The notes under the pieces were generated by a model that was not told the origin of the DNA, made no database searches, and was given only the letters and a program-made list of their open reading frames with translations. The translations under genes and the position numbers were made by a program. DNA of 64,000 nt, taken from positions 1,688,808 to 1,752,807 of the forward strand of contig NC_069008.1 of NCBI RefSeq assembly GCF_001194135.2. The letters run 5' to 3'. The number at the start of each line of letters is the position of its first letter. Position 1 is the stretch's first letter. This stretch comes from Octopus bimaculoides. Taxonomy: Eukaryota. Shown here piece by piece: positions 24,471 to 37,966 of the stretch.

Positions 24471-26357
24471 ACACCTCACTGTGTGCTGCTGTGCAGAGAT
24501 CTATTTCTTTTTCTTCCTGCGAAGATAATTGAAAGTTATGATGATGACGATGATGACGATAGTGGTGGTGGTTATGGCCGACAATTATATGCTTAGCTGC
24601 ATAAGTGCATGCATACACATACAGGTGTGTGTGTGCACGTGTGTACTAGCATACCCACATAAGCAGGTAAATACTTAAAGACGTAGAATATATATATATA
24701 TAAATAATATATATATATCAATATATAACACGAATACGTACACTGATAGAGTTTTGGGGGAGTTACGTAAAACACGCACACTCACACACAGCTAAGTCGT
24801 TACAATGATAAGAATGATAAAACTGGCAGAGTTTCAAAAAACACATACATACAGACAATAGCATTTGCAGACATCATATGGGTGTATCACACACACACAC
24901 ACAGAACAGTATCTCAGATGTACATATATACAGATAACAACTCTTGCAGACAAACACACACACACACACACACACATAAAATACACAGATACTAACTCGT
25001 ATAAAACAACTACAGACGTTAGTGTTACAAATAAGACTATCTCTCTCCCTGTCTCTCGCACACAGAGAGCTATTATAGTCGAATTCATTGGTCTGTGCCC
25101 ATACTGGGCACCGCTTTTCAAGGGGTTTATTTAATTATGTTGATCTCAGTTTGACGTCTCGGTTTCACCTCGTAAACATTCTACAAGTGTCCCAAGTTTC
25201 AAAGTGTTTCGTTAAGAAAATACTGGTTCCCCCGTTTTGAACAATACTAGTGTGATGGGAGATAACTCTGCCACACCTAAATACTTGTTCAATGTCCTGG
25301 AGGCGGGTGGTTTTCCTCACACACACACACACACGCGCAGAGTTTCAAGTATTGGATCATGGCCATGCTGGGGCACCTCATCGACCTCGGTTTGTTATTT
25401 ATTTTAAAGCCGGGTACTTAAACGTTTACTTAAATGAAAGAAAATTACCGGAGAACTTNNNNNNNNNNNNNNNNNNNNNNNNNNNNNNNNNNNNNNNNNN
25501 NNNNNNNNNNNNNNNNNNNNNNNNNNNNNNNNNNNNNNNNNNNNNNNNNNNNNNNNNNNNNNNNNNNNNNNNNNNNNNNNNNNNNNNNNNNNNNNNNNNN
25601 NNNNNNNNNNNNNNNNNNNNNNNNNNNNNNNNNNNNNNNNNNNNNNNNNNNNNNNNNNNNNNNNNNNNNNNNNNNNNNNNNNNNNNNNNNNNNNNNNNNN
25701 NNNNNNNNNNNNNNNNNNNNNNNNNNNNNNNNNNNNNNNNNNNNNNNNNNNNNNNNNNNNNNNNNNNNNNNNNNNNNNNNNNNNNNNNNNNNNNNNNNNN
25801 NNNNNNNNNNNNNNNNNNNNNNNNNNNNNNNNNNNNNNNNNNNNNNNNNNNNNNNNNNNNNNNNNNNNNNNNNNNNNNNNNNNNNNNNNNNNNNNNNNNN
25901 NNNNNNNNNNNNNNNNNNNNNNNNNNNNNNNNNNNNNNNNNNNNNNNNNNNNNNNNNNNNNNNNNNNNNNNNNNNNNNNNNNNNNNNNNNNNNNNNNNNN
26001 NNNNNNNNNNNNNNNNNNNNNNNNNNNNNNNNNNNNNNNNNNNNNNNNNNNNNNNNNNNNNNNNNNNNNNNNNNNNNNNNNNNNNNNNNNNNNNNNNNNN
26101 NNNNNNNNNNNNNNNNNNNNNNNNNNNNNNNNNNNNNNNNNNNNNNNNNNNNNNNNNNNNNNNNNNNNNNNNNNNNNNNNNNNNNNNNNNNNNNNAGAGA
26201 GAGAGAGGCAGAAACAACATCAGTATAAAACCCCCGTTGCTAAATCCATTTACTGGCAGGGACTGTGGGGATAATGATAACGGTGATGACAGTTACAACG
26301 TAACTGTCACCATGACATGAATATAGTCTAAGGCCTGATGGACACAACGGTGGGATC

Positions 26358-26690
26358 TTGTTCAAAACGGGGGCACCAGTATTTTCTTAACGAAACGCTT
26401 TGAAACTTGGGACACTGGTAGAATGTGTCATATAAAACATCTTTTTCTCTTAGTCTTCTTAACAAAAAAAACGCACATCGCAAGTTATTCCATGTTAAAG
26501 TTGTCGTATTTCTGTAAATTCAACCAATGACTGACGTCCATTCAGTCGAATAACAGTAAATGCTGACTACGTAAACAAACGATTCTGGCGGTGATAAAAT
26601 TATTATTTCCTTGTCAAAAAATCGCTGAAGCATATTGGCAGTAGCTAATAAACCTTTCTAGGATCTATTTTAAAACGGGGGCACCAGAAA
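26358..26690. mobile_element. Unclassified DNA-transposon-like fragment; its first 69 bp have an inverted copy at 25176-25244
   Basis: 66/69 identity between 26358-26426 and the reverse complement of 25176-25244; aaaacgggggcaccag recurs directly near 26672. Confidence 0.55.
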
Positions 26691-28984
26691 GAAAAAAGGC
26701 AGTAGTGATGATGATGATGGTGGTGGTGGTGGTGGTGGTGCTGGTAACGATTATGTTGACGGCTATGCTATGTCTGTTGTTGTTTCGCCTCCACGTCAGT
26801 CCCTGAGCGAGAAGACCTTCTGAGATCAAAGGTTGAATAAAAACTTGAGGAACAATTCTAGGGAGTTTGGTTACTATTTCTAGCAGGTTGAGCCAGCTAC
26901 CGCATAGAGACTTCTTCATTGGATGACAACGATGATGATGATGGTGGTGGTGGTAAGGATCACGATTTTGATTACATGATTACAACGGTTATGATTATGA
27001 TGATGATGATGATGATGATGAAGGTAATAATAATAATAATGGAAAAACAACACAAAAATTCTCATTTTGTAGGATTTTGGCAAAGATGGAATGTGAAGAA
27101 TGGGATGAGGGGGGGGGTAGTTGAGGGGNNNNNNNNNNNNNNNNNNNNNNNNNNNNNNNNNNNNNNNNNNNNNNNNNNNNNNNNNNNNNNNNNNNNNNNN
27201 NNNNNNNNNNNNNNNNNNNNNNNNNNNNNNNNNNNNNNNNNNNNNNNNNNNNNNNNNNNNNNNNNNNNNNNNNNNNNNNNNNNNNNNNNNNNNNNNNNNN
27301 NNNNNNNNNNNNNNNNNNNNNNNNNNNNNNNNNNNNNNNNNNNNNNNNNNNNNNNNNNNNNNNNNNNNNNNNNNNNNNNNNNNNNNNNNNNNNNNNNNNN
27401 NNNNNNNNNNNNNNNNNNNNNNNNNNNNNNNNNNNNNNNNNNNNNNNNNNNNNNNNNNNNNNNNNNNNNNNNNNNNNNNNNNNNNNNNNNNNNNNNNNNN
27501 NNNNNNNNNNNNNNNNNNNNNNNNNNNNNNNNNNNNNNNNNNNNNNNNNNNNNNNNNNNNNNNNNNNNNNNNNNNNNNNNNNNNNNNNNNNNNNNNNNNN
27601 NNNNNNNNNNNNNNNNNNNNNNNNNNNNNNNNNNNNNNNNNNNNNNNNNNNNNNNNNNNNNNNNNNNNNNNNNNNNNNNNNNNNNNNNNNNNNNNNNNNN
27701 NNNNNNNNNNNNNNNNNNNNNNNNNNNNNNNNNNNNNNNNNNNNNNNNNNNNNNNNNNNNNNNNNNNNNNNNNNNNNNNNNNNNNNNNNNAGGGAGGGAG
27801 GAGAAAAAAGCAGGCAGAAAGAAAGGGCGTTGGTTGTTTAATGACATGGTATATAGGAAACATGAGGGAGGGGGAGGTAAAGAGGGAATAGGAGGAGGTA
27901 CTGGTGGAAGAAGAGAGGGAGGTCGTGGAGCGTATGGGAGGTTTGCGAGAGGGAGGGGGAGTAAATGAATCACTGCTTGTTGAAGTTGGTGGTGGTAATA
28001 GTAGGAGTGGTGGTGGTGGGTGAGAGTAGTGGTGTCAGTGGTGAAACGATGGGGAGGAGGGGGGTGACGACTACGATAGACAATGTATCAGTGTGTGTGT
28101 CCGCGTGCGCGCGTATGTGTGTGCGTGAGTAGGATGGTGTGGTAGGAGGTGGAATGCGTGTGTGTATATGTTTAAGTATGTTATGCGTGAATGTGTGTGT
28201 ATATGTTTGCGTATGTTATGCGTGAATGTGTGTGTGTGTGTGTGTGTGTATCAATGACTGGTGGTAATAAAGTGTGTGTGAGTGTGTGTGTGAATAACAA
28301 AGGAGGAAGAGAGAGAGAGGAGGAGGAGGGAGAAAACAAGGAGAAAGGAGCGCGCATGTGTACGCGCGCGAGCGAGGCGGCGGGAAAGTAGCGTGGGTGC
28401 TGGAATGTCTTAGGGCAGCAGCAGTGGTGGTGGTGGTGGTGGTGGTGCGAAGGGTTAGAGAGTTGTTGCTGTATAAACAGAGAAGGAAAAGGAGAAAGAT
28501 GTAAAACAACGAGAGAGAGAGAGGGGGAATTCCTAAGTGGAGAGGGGGGAAGAGCAGAAAGGGAGAGGTGAGAGGTACAGTGGTAGAAAGAGGAAGGGGG
28601 GGTATTAGGAGAAAGACTTGTAATCTAGCTGGGATCAGTGAAAAAGGGATAGATGGAAGAGAGGGTGATGTTGTGTGTGTGAGGGGGAAACGGCTTTAAT
28701 GTTCACACGCCTCCTCCCACAATACCTCCACCTCCGCCCCTTCCTCGACGAGCTCGCTCTAGTTTTGTTTGTTTTTGTTTTATTTCCGTTTCGTGTTATT
28801 TTTTTTTAACCCCTCTTATTCTACAATCTTGTTCCTTAAAAAAATCAGCAGCAGTTAACACCAACAACATCTACCGATGTTATTTATAAGGATTAGCGGG
28901 CCTGAGCCTATCCAGGTGGGAAAACCTGGTAGAAATAGCTGCCAAATCTCCCTCAAATAACACCCTTCTGATTTAATGTATACT

Positions 28985-29325
28985 CTTACTTGTTTCAGTC
29001 ATTTGACTGCGGCCATGCTGGAGCACCGCCTTTAGTCGAGTAAATCGACCCCAGGACTTATTCTTTGTAAGCCTGGTACTTATTCTATTGGTGTCTTTTG
29101 CCGAACCGCTAAGCTACAGCGACGTAAACACACCACCATCGGTTGTCAAGCGATGTTGGGGGGTCAAACACACACATATATATATACATATATACGACGG
29201 GCTTCTTTCAGTTTCCATCTACCAAATCCACTCACAAGGCTTTGGTTGGCCTGAGGCTATTAGAAGAAGACATTTGCCCAAGAAGTGGTTGGAAAGCAAG
29301 TTTCTTATCACAGTCATGCCAGCGC
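28985..29325 (-). mobile_element. SINE family A
   Basis: Well-preserved reverse-complement copy. Confidence 0.85.
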
Positions 29326-30847
29326 CTATTATACCAAACACACAGATGCTCTTTGTATCCCAGGTTTTAGAATAGATATGTCATACCTTTTGCATTCTGT
29401 AACAGGTGACTTAAAAGGTTTGGCAAGAGAAAGGGCATCTGGTCCCAAAACATTGCCTCAAGGAGTCCTGCCCAACGGATAGTAGCACACACAGAAAAAG
29501 AAAATAGATGTAAAAACTATGAAGCTGATTAACTGTTGCTACCCAAGGACCAAAGTCGTTACACAGTGTAATTAGATGATTAAATATAAATATTCATCAT
29601 TTCATGTTCACTTTTCAATGTGGGAACAACAAGCAGGTTTAACACTTGGGAAGAATGGTAAAGTCTTATATGTTTTGAGCCTACGCTCTTTGATAGAAGG
29701 GGAAAAAATATGTAGGGATTAACGGTTGAACATGACCAGCTGGATGCCCTTCCAATCACCAACCCTCACCTGTTTCCAATTGTGTTAATGTTTCTTCATA
29801 AGCCTCACATGCTTCCGTGGAAGACTGGAAACAAATGTTACAACTTTTATGACAATGACTTGTTTGCAACTATAACAACATGTCCAGACAAGGACAAACA
29901 CACAGGGGCTGTGTGACAAGAAGCTTGTTTTCCAACCACATGGTTCTGGGTTCAGCTCCACTGTATGGCACCTTGGGCAAGTGGATTTGGTAGCAGGAAA
30001 CTGAAAGAACCCCATCGCATATATATATATACTGTGAGTGTGTGACTGTGTGCGTTTGTGCACAACCGGTGTTGGCGTATTTACGTCCCCGTAAGTTAAC
30101 GGTTCAAAAAAAAAAAAAATTAAAAAAAAAAGAGCCCGAAAGAATAAGTACCAGGCTTGCCCCAGCATAACCGCAGGCTAATGACTGAAACAAGTAAAAG
30201 AGAAAAGATACCTATGCACTGACAACTACAACACTACAGCCATCGGCCTGAAGATGACCATCATCACCATGACGACAACCATCATCACTACCACCGCCGC
30301 CGCCGCCATCAATAGAGTATGTAACAAAACAAACTTCATAACAACGCCATACTCCACTACCCCCCCCCCCGCCAGCCATCACCTCCACTTCCACCGTCGT
30401 CATGAATAGAGGATGTAGAGAATAACATGCAATCACACAACAAGCACACAAACCAGCAGGACAGACACTAGCAGGAAGAGCCCCTCCTCCCCCACTCCAC
30501 CTGACCACCACCACGAACAACAACAACAACAACACAAACAGCGACAACATCAATCCGTTTGTTTAACAAAGCAGTTATTTAATATAGTGAAACAGGAAAG
30601 AGATAGAGCAGCAACAGTTCTAATAACAAAAACAACAGGGAGTTGTCTTAAGGTCACGCACGCAGACACGCACATACACACACACACTCTCGCCCAAGTC
30701 TGCAAAGGTCACTTGGGAGGTGATTGTAATACGTCCCCGACGATGTAAAGATGTGAATAGTCATTGTAGGTAGTGTATGTATGTGTGCGCGCGTGAGAAC
30801 GTACACACACACACACAGAGAACAAGCTTGCTAAGGATGAGAGAGCC

Positions 30848-30951
30848 TATCTATCTCTATCCATCCATCCATCTATCTATCTATCTACTTGTCTATCTAT
30901 CTATCTACTTGTCTATCTATCTATCTACTTGTCTATCTATCTATCTACTTG

Positions 30952-30984
<33 letters not shown>

Positions 30985-31010
30985 TTATCTATCTATCCAT
31001 CTCTATCTAT
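30848..31010. repeat. (ATCT)n with a 4 x 20-bp higher-order unit CTATCTACTTGTCTATCTAT
   Basis: Four exact 20-mers at 30881-30960. Confidence 0.9.
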
Positions 31011-31206
31011 CACTTGTTAGTGACTGAGCTGTGGTCATGCAAGGGCACCATCTGAATAGTTTAAAACACCTGTACTATTATTTTAAACGTGGTACTTTAA
31101 ACGTGCAAGGGTTAAAAACACGCATTATACACACACATATATACATACGCAGACACACACATACACATATATACATACATACACACACATGCACGCGTTT
31201 TCTGTG

Positions 31207-31361
31207 AGTGGCTGTGTGGTAAGTAGCTTGCTTACCAACCACATGGTTCTGAGTTCAGTCCCACTGCATAGCACCTTGGGCAAGTGTCTTCTACTATAGC
31301 CTTGGGCCGACCAAAGCCTTGCGAGTGGATATGGTAGACAGAAACTTAAAGAAGCCCGTCG

Positions 31362-31408
<47 letters not shown>

Positions 31409-31549
31409 ATGCTTGTGTGTCTGTGTTTGTCCCCACAACATCACTTGACAACCGATGGTGGTGTGTTTACATCCCTGTAACTTAGCGGTTTGGCAAAAGT
31501 CACCAATAGAATAAGTACTAGGCTTACAAAGAATAAGTTCTGGGGTCAA
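31207..31549 (+). mobile_element. SINE family A (truncated by gap)
   Basis: ggctgtgtggtaagtagcttgcttaccaaccacatggttctgagttcagtcccactgc head and full body. Confidence 0.85.
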
Positions 31550-31767
31550 NNNNNNNNNNNNNNNNNNNNNNNNNNNNNNNNNNNNNNNNNNNNNNNNNNN
31601 NNNNNNNNNNNNNNNNNNNNNNNNNNNNNNNNNNNNNNNNNNNNNNNNNNNNNNNNNNNNNNNNNNNNNNNNNNNNNNNNNNNNNNNNNNNNNNNNNNNN
31701 NNNNNNNNNNNNNNNNNNNNNNNNNNNNNNNNNNNNNNNNNNNNNNNNNNNNNNNNNNNNNNNNNNN

Positions 31768-31804
<37 letters not shown>

Positions 31805-32357
31805 ATGGGCTTCTTTCAGTTTGTCTATCAAAGCCACTCACAAGACTTTGGTCTTGTGGGTGGATTTTTTCAGATTTTATAGTCCAGGGTTATAGCAGAA
31901 GACATTTACCCAAAGCGCCTCACAGAAGGACTGAACCCAAGACCACATGGTTGAGAACCAGGCTTATTACCCACTACACAGCCACGCCTGTGCCTATAGT
32001 CTTGCCTTTATCAAAATTATCTCCACCTGTAGAGGATGCTACTCAATTACCAAATGGCATTTATGAATGAGCTCCATATGACAAGGGGAGGTAATCTCAC
32101 GAGCGAAGAATTCTCCCAAACTGATTTGCTATTAGAGGAAAAAAGACAGGCTTTGTAGCCTGGAGATAAGAGGACAGTCGTGGACAGAGCAAATGCAGGT
32201 GGCGTAATAGACTTCTTTGTCAGATCAGAATAATTATGAATGTTAAAACATAAAGCTGCTGCCTGAAGTCAAAATTCAATATTTGTATTTTACTGCCCCT
32301 TGAGGGTAAAAGAGAATAAAATGAAAAAAAAACCCCCAAAAAACAGAAAAAAAAACA

Positions 32358-32882
32358 CCGAGTGGCTGTGTGCTAAGAAGCTTGCTTCCCAACCAAATGG
32401 TTCCGGGTTCAGTCCCACTGCATGACACCTTAAGCAAGTGTCTTCTGCTATAGCCTTGTAAATAGATTTGGCAAACAGAAACTGAAAGAAGCCTGTCATG
32501 TGCATGCATGTATGTATGGATATATATGTATATATATGGGAGAATTTACGGAAAAAAACAACAGCAGACGAGGACAGGTGGTGTAAACAACAAAAGGATG
32601 TATTAGTTTAACGCTCGGGAATAGAGAAAGTCTTTAGCGTTTCGAGCTACGCTCTTCAACAGAAAAAATATGGAGAAAACAAGGAGAAAAACTCAGAGAA
32701 AAAAAAAAAATTGAATGTTTTGGTCTCCCCCAATACAACTTGACAACTGGTACTGGTGTGTTTACATCCCTGTAAATTAGGCGTAAGAAAAATTTCCTGG
32801 GGGTCAATCTGTTTGACTAAAACCCTTCAAGGCAGTGCCCCAGTATGGCCACAGTGAAACGACTGAAACAAGTAAAAGAGAG
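32358..32882 (+). mobile_element. SINE family A split by an insertion at about 32535-32710
   Basis: Head and body at 32358-32500 and tail at 32712-32882, with unrelated sequence in the central microsatellite. Confidence 0.75.
32535..32710 (-). mobile_element. Penelope-like terminal fragment with a hammerhead-like motif at 32631-32666
   Basis: Minus strand ttttCTGTTGAaGAGCgtaGCTCGAAAcgctaaaga, the same architecture as 15880-15914. Confidence 0.5.
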
Positions 32883-32908
32883 TATAGTCAACAAGAAAGA
32901 CCTTTGTA

Positions 32909-33125
32909 CAGGGTTGGCCAAAAGTCACCCAACAATAAATTAAAATACCATAAATACTATCTGTAATTCTCTTTTGACCCCAATGGAAAAATGGTGTCGC
33001 TCAAGAAGGAGTTCAGTTTGAAGTTTTCATGATGTTTTTATTAAATTCATTCAGTTGTTAAACATAAATAAATCTTGGAGTTAAATGGGTTTGATTTACT
33101 GTCAGGTGACTTTTGGCCAGCCCTG
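32909..33125. mobile_element. Tc1/mariner-type MITE (217 bp)
   Basis: 21-bp TIRs CAGGGTTGGCCAAAAGTCACC / GGTGACTTTTGGCCAGCCCTG with one mismatch, flanked by TA on both sides. Confidence 0.9.
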
Positions 33126-33807
33126 TATGGCAGCTTGACTTGCTAGAAATAGCAGCCAAGCCTTCTCAAATCACAACCAGTTGTCTCATGTAAGTATAAA
33201 CGAATAAGCAAGATTTCTACATGGTAGCTCAAATCACACAGGATAATAATACAGCATTTGAGTTCCGTTCACATAGAAAAAAACTATGGGATGGCCATGG
33301 TTGGAATACCTTTGTTAATAAACCTGCAGGATGAGGACTAAGTTGGTGTTACACAACTACAACAATAATTCATTCAATCAGCCCTGGAAGAGTAAGAGTG
33401 AAAATGAAGTGTGGCAGGATTTGATCCCAGGAAAGCAGGAGCAACATGACCACATGCAGTAAAGCGTTGCCATAATACCCTTCTCCTACACTCTGCACAC
33501 CCGCTCCACCCACAAACAATGACCTAATCTGCTTAATCTGCACTAATCCCCTGCATCCTTTTGTCCCGGATGAAGTTGCAAGCATCAGACGCAGAGTAGT
33601 GGCAAGGAGCAGGAGGAGGGGTGGGGTGGGGAAAAAAATGTTTAAAAAAAAAATACAATTAGTAAAGGGGATGAGTGGTGCAGGAGGGAAGTAGGAAAGG
33701 ATTACGGAGTTAATCTGAGGATGGTTTGGATGGAAGAGGGGGTTGCAGGGAAGAGAGAGGGAGAGAGTGAGAGAGAGAGAGAGAGTGAGAGAGAGAGAAA
33801 GAGAGAG

Positions 33808-33840
<33 letters not shown>

Positions 33841-34112
33841 CAGATGGTAGTGGTTGATTTGATAATGAATTCAATATGCAGCTTGATTCTCCAGGTGCAA
33901 ATACATGCGTGTGTGTATATGTGCATGCACACACACACGGAGAATTTTAGCTGAATGAAACAAACCCCGTTACTTGTAAAGCCTTTTACTTATTCTATTG
34001 GTCTCTTTTGCTGAACCACTAAGTTACAGGGATGTAAAGACTTTCTCTATTCCCGAACGTTATACTAATACATCTATTTGTTGTTTACACCTCCTGTTGA
34101 TTTTTCATGAAT

Positions 34113-34147
<35 letters not shown>

Positions 34148-34149
<2 letters not shown>

Positions 34150-34291
34150 CACAGGTGTGGTAAGAAGCTTGCTTCCCAACCACATGGTTCCAAGTTCAGT
34201 CCCACTCTTTGGCACTTTAGGTTGCCCAAAGCCTTGTGAGTGGATTGGGCAGAGGGAAACTGAAAGAAGCCTGTCATATATGTGTGTGTGT

Positions 34292-34322
<31 letters not shown>

Positions 34323-34540
34323 CATTGTATGTGTGTTATTTGTTTGTCACCCCACCATTGCTTGACAACTGATTATGGTGTGTGTATGATGCTGTAACTT
34401 AGCAGTTTGGGAAAAGAGACTGATAGAATAAATAATGCAAAGACTAAGTCCTGGGGTCAATTTCTTCAACTAAGAAACCCTTTAAGGCAGTGCTCCAGTA
34501 TGGCTGCAGTCAAATGACTAAAACAAGTAAATGAATAAAA
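34148..34540 (+). mobile_element. SINE family A
   Basis: Head aggtgtggtaagaagcttgcttcccaaccacatggttcc through tail aaacaagtaaa. Confidence 0.85.
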
Positions 34541-34559
34541 GAGTATGTCTGCGTATATG

Positions 34560-34850
34560 TACCATTCAAGCGTGATCGTTGCCAGCATTGCCTCACCGGC
34601 ACATGAAAAGCAACATTTGAGTGTGGTCGTTGCCAGTGCCACCGGACTGGCCCTAGTGCCAGTGGCACTTAAAAGCACTCACTACGCTCTCGGAGTGGTT
34701 TGCGTTAGGAAGGACATCCAGCTGTAGAAACATTGCCAGATCAGATTGAACCTGGTGCAGCCACCTGGCTCACCAGTCCTCAGTCAAACCATCCAACCCA
34801 TGCCAGCATGGAAAGCAGACGTTAAACGATGATGATGATGATGATGATGA
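34560..34850 (+). mobile_element. SINE family B
   Basis: Body plus (GAT)n tail. Confidence 0.85.
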
Positions 34851-34852
34851 TA

Positions 34853-34884
<32 letters not shown>

Positions 34885-35199
34885 CACATATATATATATA
34901 TGTATACATGTCTCTTAAAAGATAGAGCTCAAAATCATATATATACATATATATATATATGTATATAGTGAATGTATAATATTCTAGAATGCCAGAGAGC
35001 TCCCTTATCTTCTATCCAGTATTATCAGTTATCTGACATACCTATCTAATCTGTTCTTTCTATACACACACGCAGAGTTCATCATATTTTGGTTGCTGTA
35101 GTGGCAGAGAAGGGAAGAAGGGTGGGGTCAATAAGAAGAATTTTTGATGTGGAGTATATATAATACACACAGCAGAGAACAAAAGACTATACATACACA

Positions 35200-35390
35200 T
35201 TTAACCCTTTAGTGTTTAAACGGGCCATATCTGTCCAAAATATTCGACCTGTCTTTATCTTCAAACTGGTCAGATATGGTCTGTCATGGCTACCTTACAG
35301 GGTCATTTTAAAAACAAACTATCACATTACTGAAATCTCAAAGCCATGAAATCATGCAGGATTAATTTAAGATGGTGTGAATACATAAGT
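35200..35390. mobile_element. piggyBac-type MITE, partial
   Basis: Starts ttaaccctttagtgtttaaacgggccatatc. Confidence 0.7.
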
Positions 35391-35399
35391 TGAAGAAAT

Positions 35400-35952
35400 T
35401 GAGCCCAAGACTTATTCTTTGTAAGCCTAGTACTTATTCTATCAATCTCTTTTGCCAAACTGCTAAGTTACGGGGACACACCAACATCCATTGTCAAGCG
35501 ATGGTGGAATGACAAACACAGACACAAAGACACATACATACACACATATATATATATATACAGGACGAGCTTCTTTCAGTTTCCGTCTACCAAATCCACT
35601 CACAAGGCTTTGGTCAGCCTAAGGCTTTAGTAAAAGACACTTTCCCCAAGGTGCCACACAGTGGGACTGAACCCAAAACTATGTAGTTGGGAAGCAAGCT
35701 TCTTACCACAGAGCCATACCTGTGACTGTATATATATCTTTGACTTCAGTTATGAGACTGCGACCATACTGGGGCACCACCTTGAAAAATCTTTAGTCAA
35801 ATGGTTTGACCCAGGTACTTTTTTTGACCCAGGTACTTTTTTTTTTAAAGCCTGGTACTTACTTTATCAGTCTTGTTGGAGAACAGCTAGGTTACGGGGA
35901 TGCAAACACACCAACACCAGTTGTCAAGAGGTGGTGGTGGAACACAGACATG

Positions 35953-36031
<79 letters not shown>

Positions 36032-36195
36032 GAGCTTCTTTCAGTTTCCGGCTACCATATCAAATTACACGGCTTTGGTCAGCCCAAGGCTATAGTAGAA
36101 AACAGTTGCCCAAGGTGCCATGCAATGGGACTGAACCCAGAATCCGAAACCATGTGGCGGTTGGGAAGCAACCTTCTAACCACACAGCCATGCTT
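35400..36195 (-). mobile_element. Two tandem SINE family A copies
   Basis: Two reverse-complement copies, about 35400-35727 and 35735-36195. Confidence 0.8.
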
Positions 36196-36697
36196 GCACC
36201 CTACCCCGCCCCAACAGGTGCATCACTATAGTTCCACATGTGAAAGCATTTAAGTGCTAAATACACAATTATAGAAGGTATCCGGAGCCATGTCTGCACT
36301 GTACACACACACACACACACACATTAGAGAGACAGGTAGATGTTATATACAAGCATGGATGGATGTATATTTACTTGGTAGATATGTAGGTAGGTGGAAG
36401 AACACGAGCATATCATATATCACCAAATGTTTATCAAAAATAACATTCAAGACTTTCATATCATTGTGTGTGGGGGCAGGAATGGGTTTATGTGTGGGGG
36501 CAGGAATGGGTTTATGTGTGTGTGCATGCAGACAGCCATACGTGAGAGTCTCTGCTTCTATGTGTGTAAATATTATAAATATTTTATATATATTAAATAT
36601 ATAAATATTTATCTATCTATCTATAAATATATAAATATATATCTGCATGCAAGAACGTATATGTATATCTAAGAATGTGTGTGTGTATATATGTGTA

Positions 36698-36743
<46 letters not shown>

Positions 36744-36793
36744 CATGCATATATATAAGCATGTATATGTATATCTAGGAATGTGTGTGTGTA

Positions 36794-36845
<52 letters not shown>

Positions 36846-37609
36846 CATGCATATGTATATATACATATATACATCAAAGAAAGTGTATGTATATATAATA
36901 TGTATAAGCATGCACGAGTGTTTATGTATGTCTAAAAATGTGTATGCATGCATATACATACAAACATGCATGTGTATGCATGCGTATATATGTTGCAAGC
37001 GCATGAGCAGCGTAGGTTCAAACACACACACACACAGAGGAACACCTCCACAGGACATTAAGGGTGTGGTAAAAAAAAAAAAGGTTTACATAACACCACT
37101 AATCTCCACCAAACCCCCCCCACCACCACTCCCAATGTTATCAATATCATCGTAAACATCATCATTATCATCATGATCTCTCCATAAACATCTGCCTCAG
37201 CTACCAGCATCAACAGATAGGTACCACACAGACACACACAGAGGAGCAGGAAAATGAGAACATTGAAGACAGACAGACAGACCAAGGAGAGGTGCCACTC
37301 CGTTAACCAGTAAACGCTATGCAATGCAATGTTGTGTAGCGTGATGCAGTGGCTATCATTCAGGTATGAATGACCGACCAACAACGCATGCACGAACCTG
37401 TGTGAAGAAACAAAGGAGGAGAAGGCAGAGGAAAATAAACGTTATCAGGTAAGCACTTTGTTCAATGGTAGTAGTAGGTCGTGTTTAGCCCCAGGCCAAC
37501 TTAGAGTGAGCAGACCAATGATCAAAACTGTTTCGGCTATGATCATCATCCCACCATTTTCTATATCATCATCTGTAGTGTTCAATATACCCATCTGCCC
37601 ACCCACCTT

Positions 37610-37778
37610 CAGTCAGTAGGGTGTGAAATGAAAGAGATTTGGTTGTTATTTCTTACATGTCCAGCTAACTTCCTTTGACTTGTACATATATACATACATA
37701 AGATAGTAGGCTGTGATTTGTGAGAGTGACTACTATTTCTAGCAGGTCTAGCTACTATATACCAGTCTCTCTTGTTGG

Positions 37779-37820
<42 letters not shown>

Positions 37821-37930
37821 CATACATATATATATACATACATACATATATATATATATACATACATACATACATATATATATACATACATACATACATA
37901 TATATATACATACATACATATATATATACA

Positions 37931-37966
<36 letters not shown>

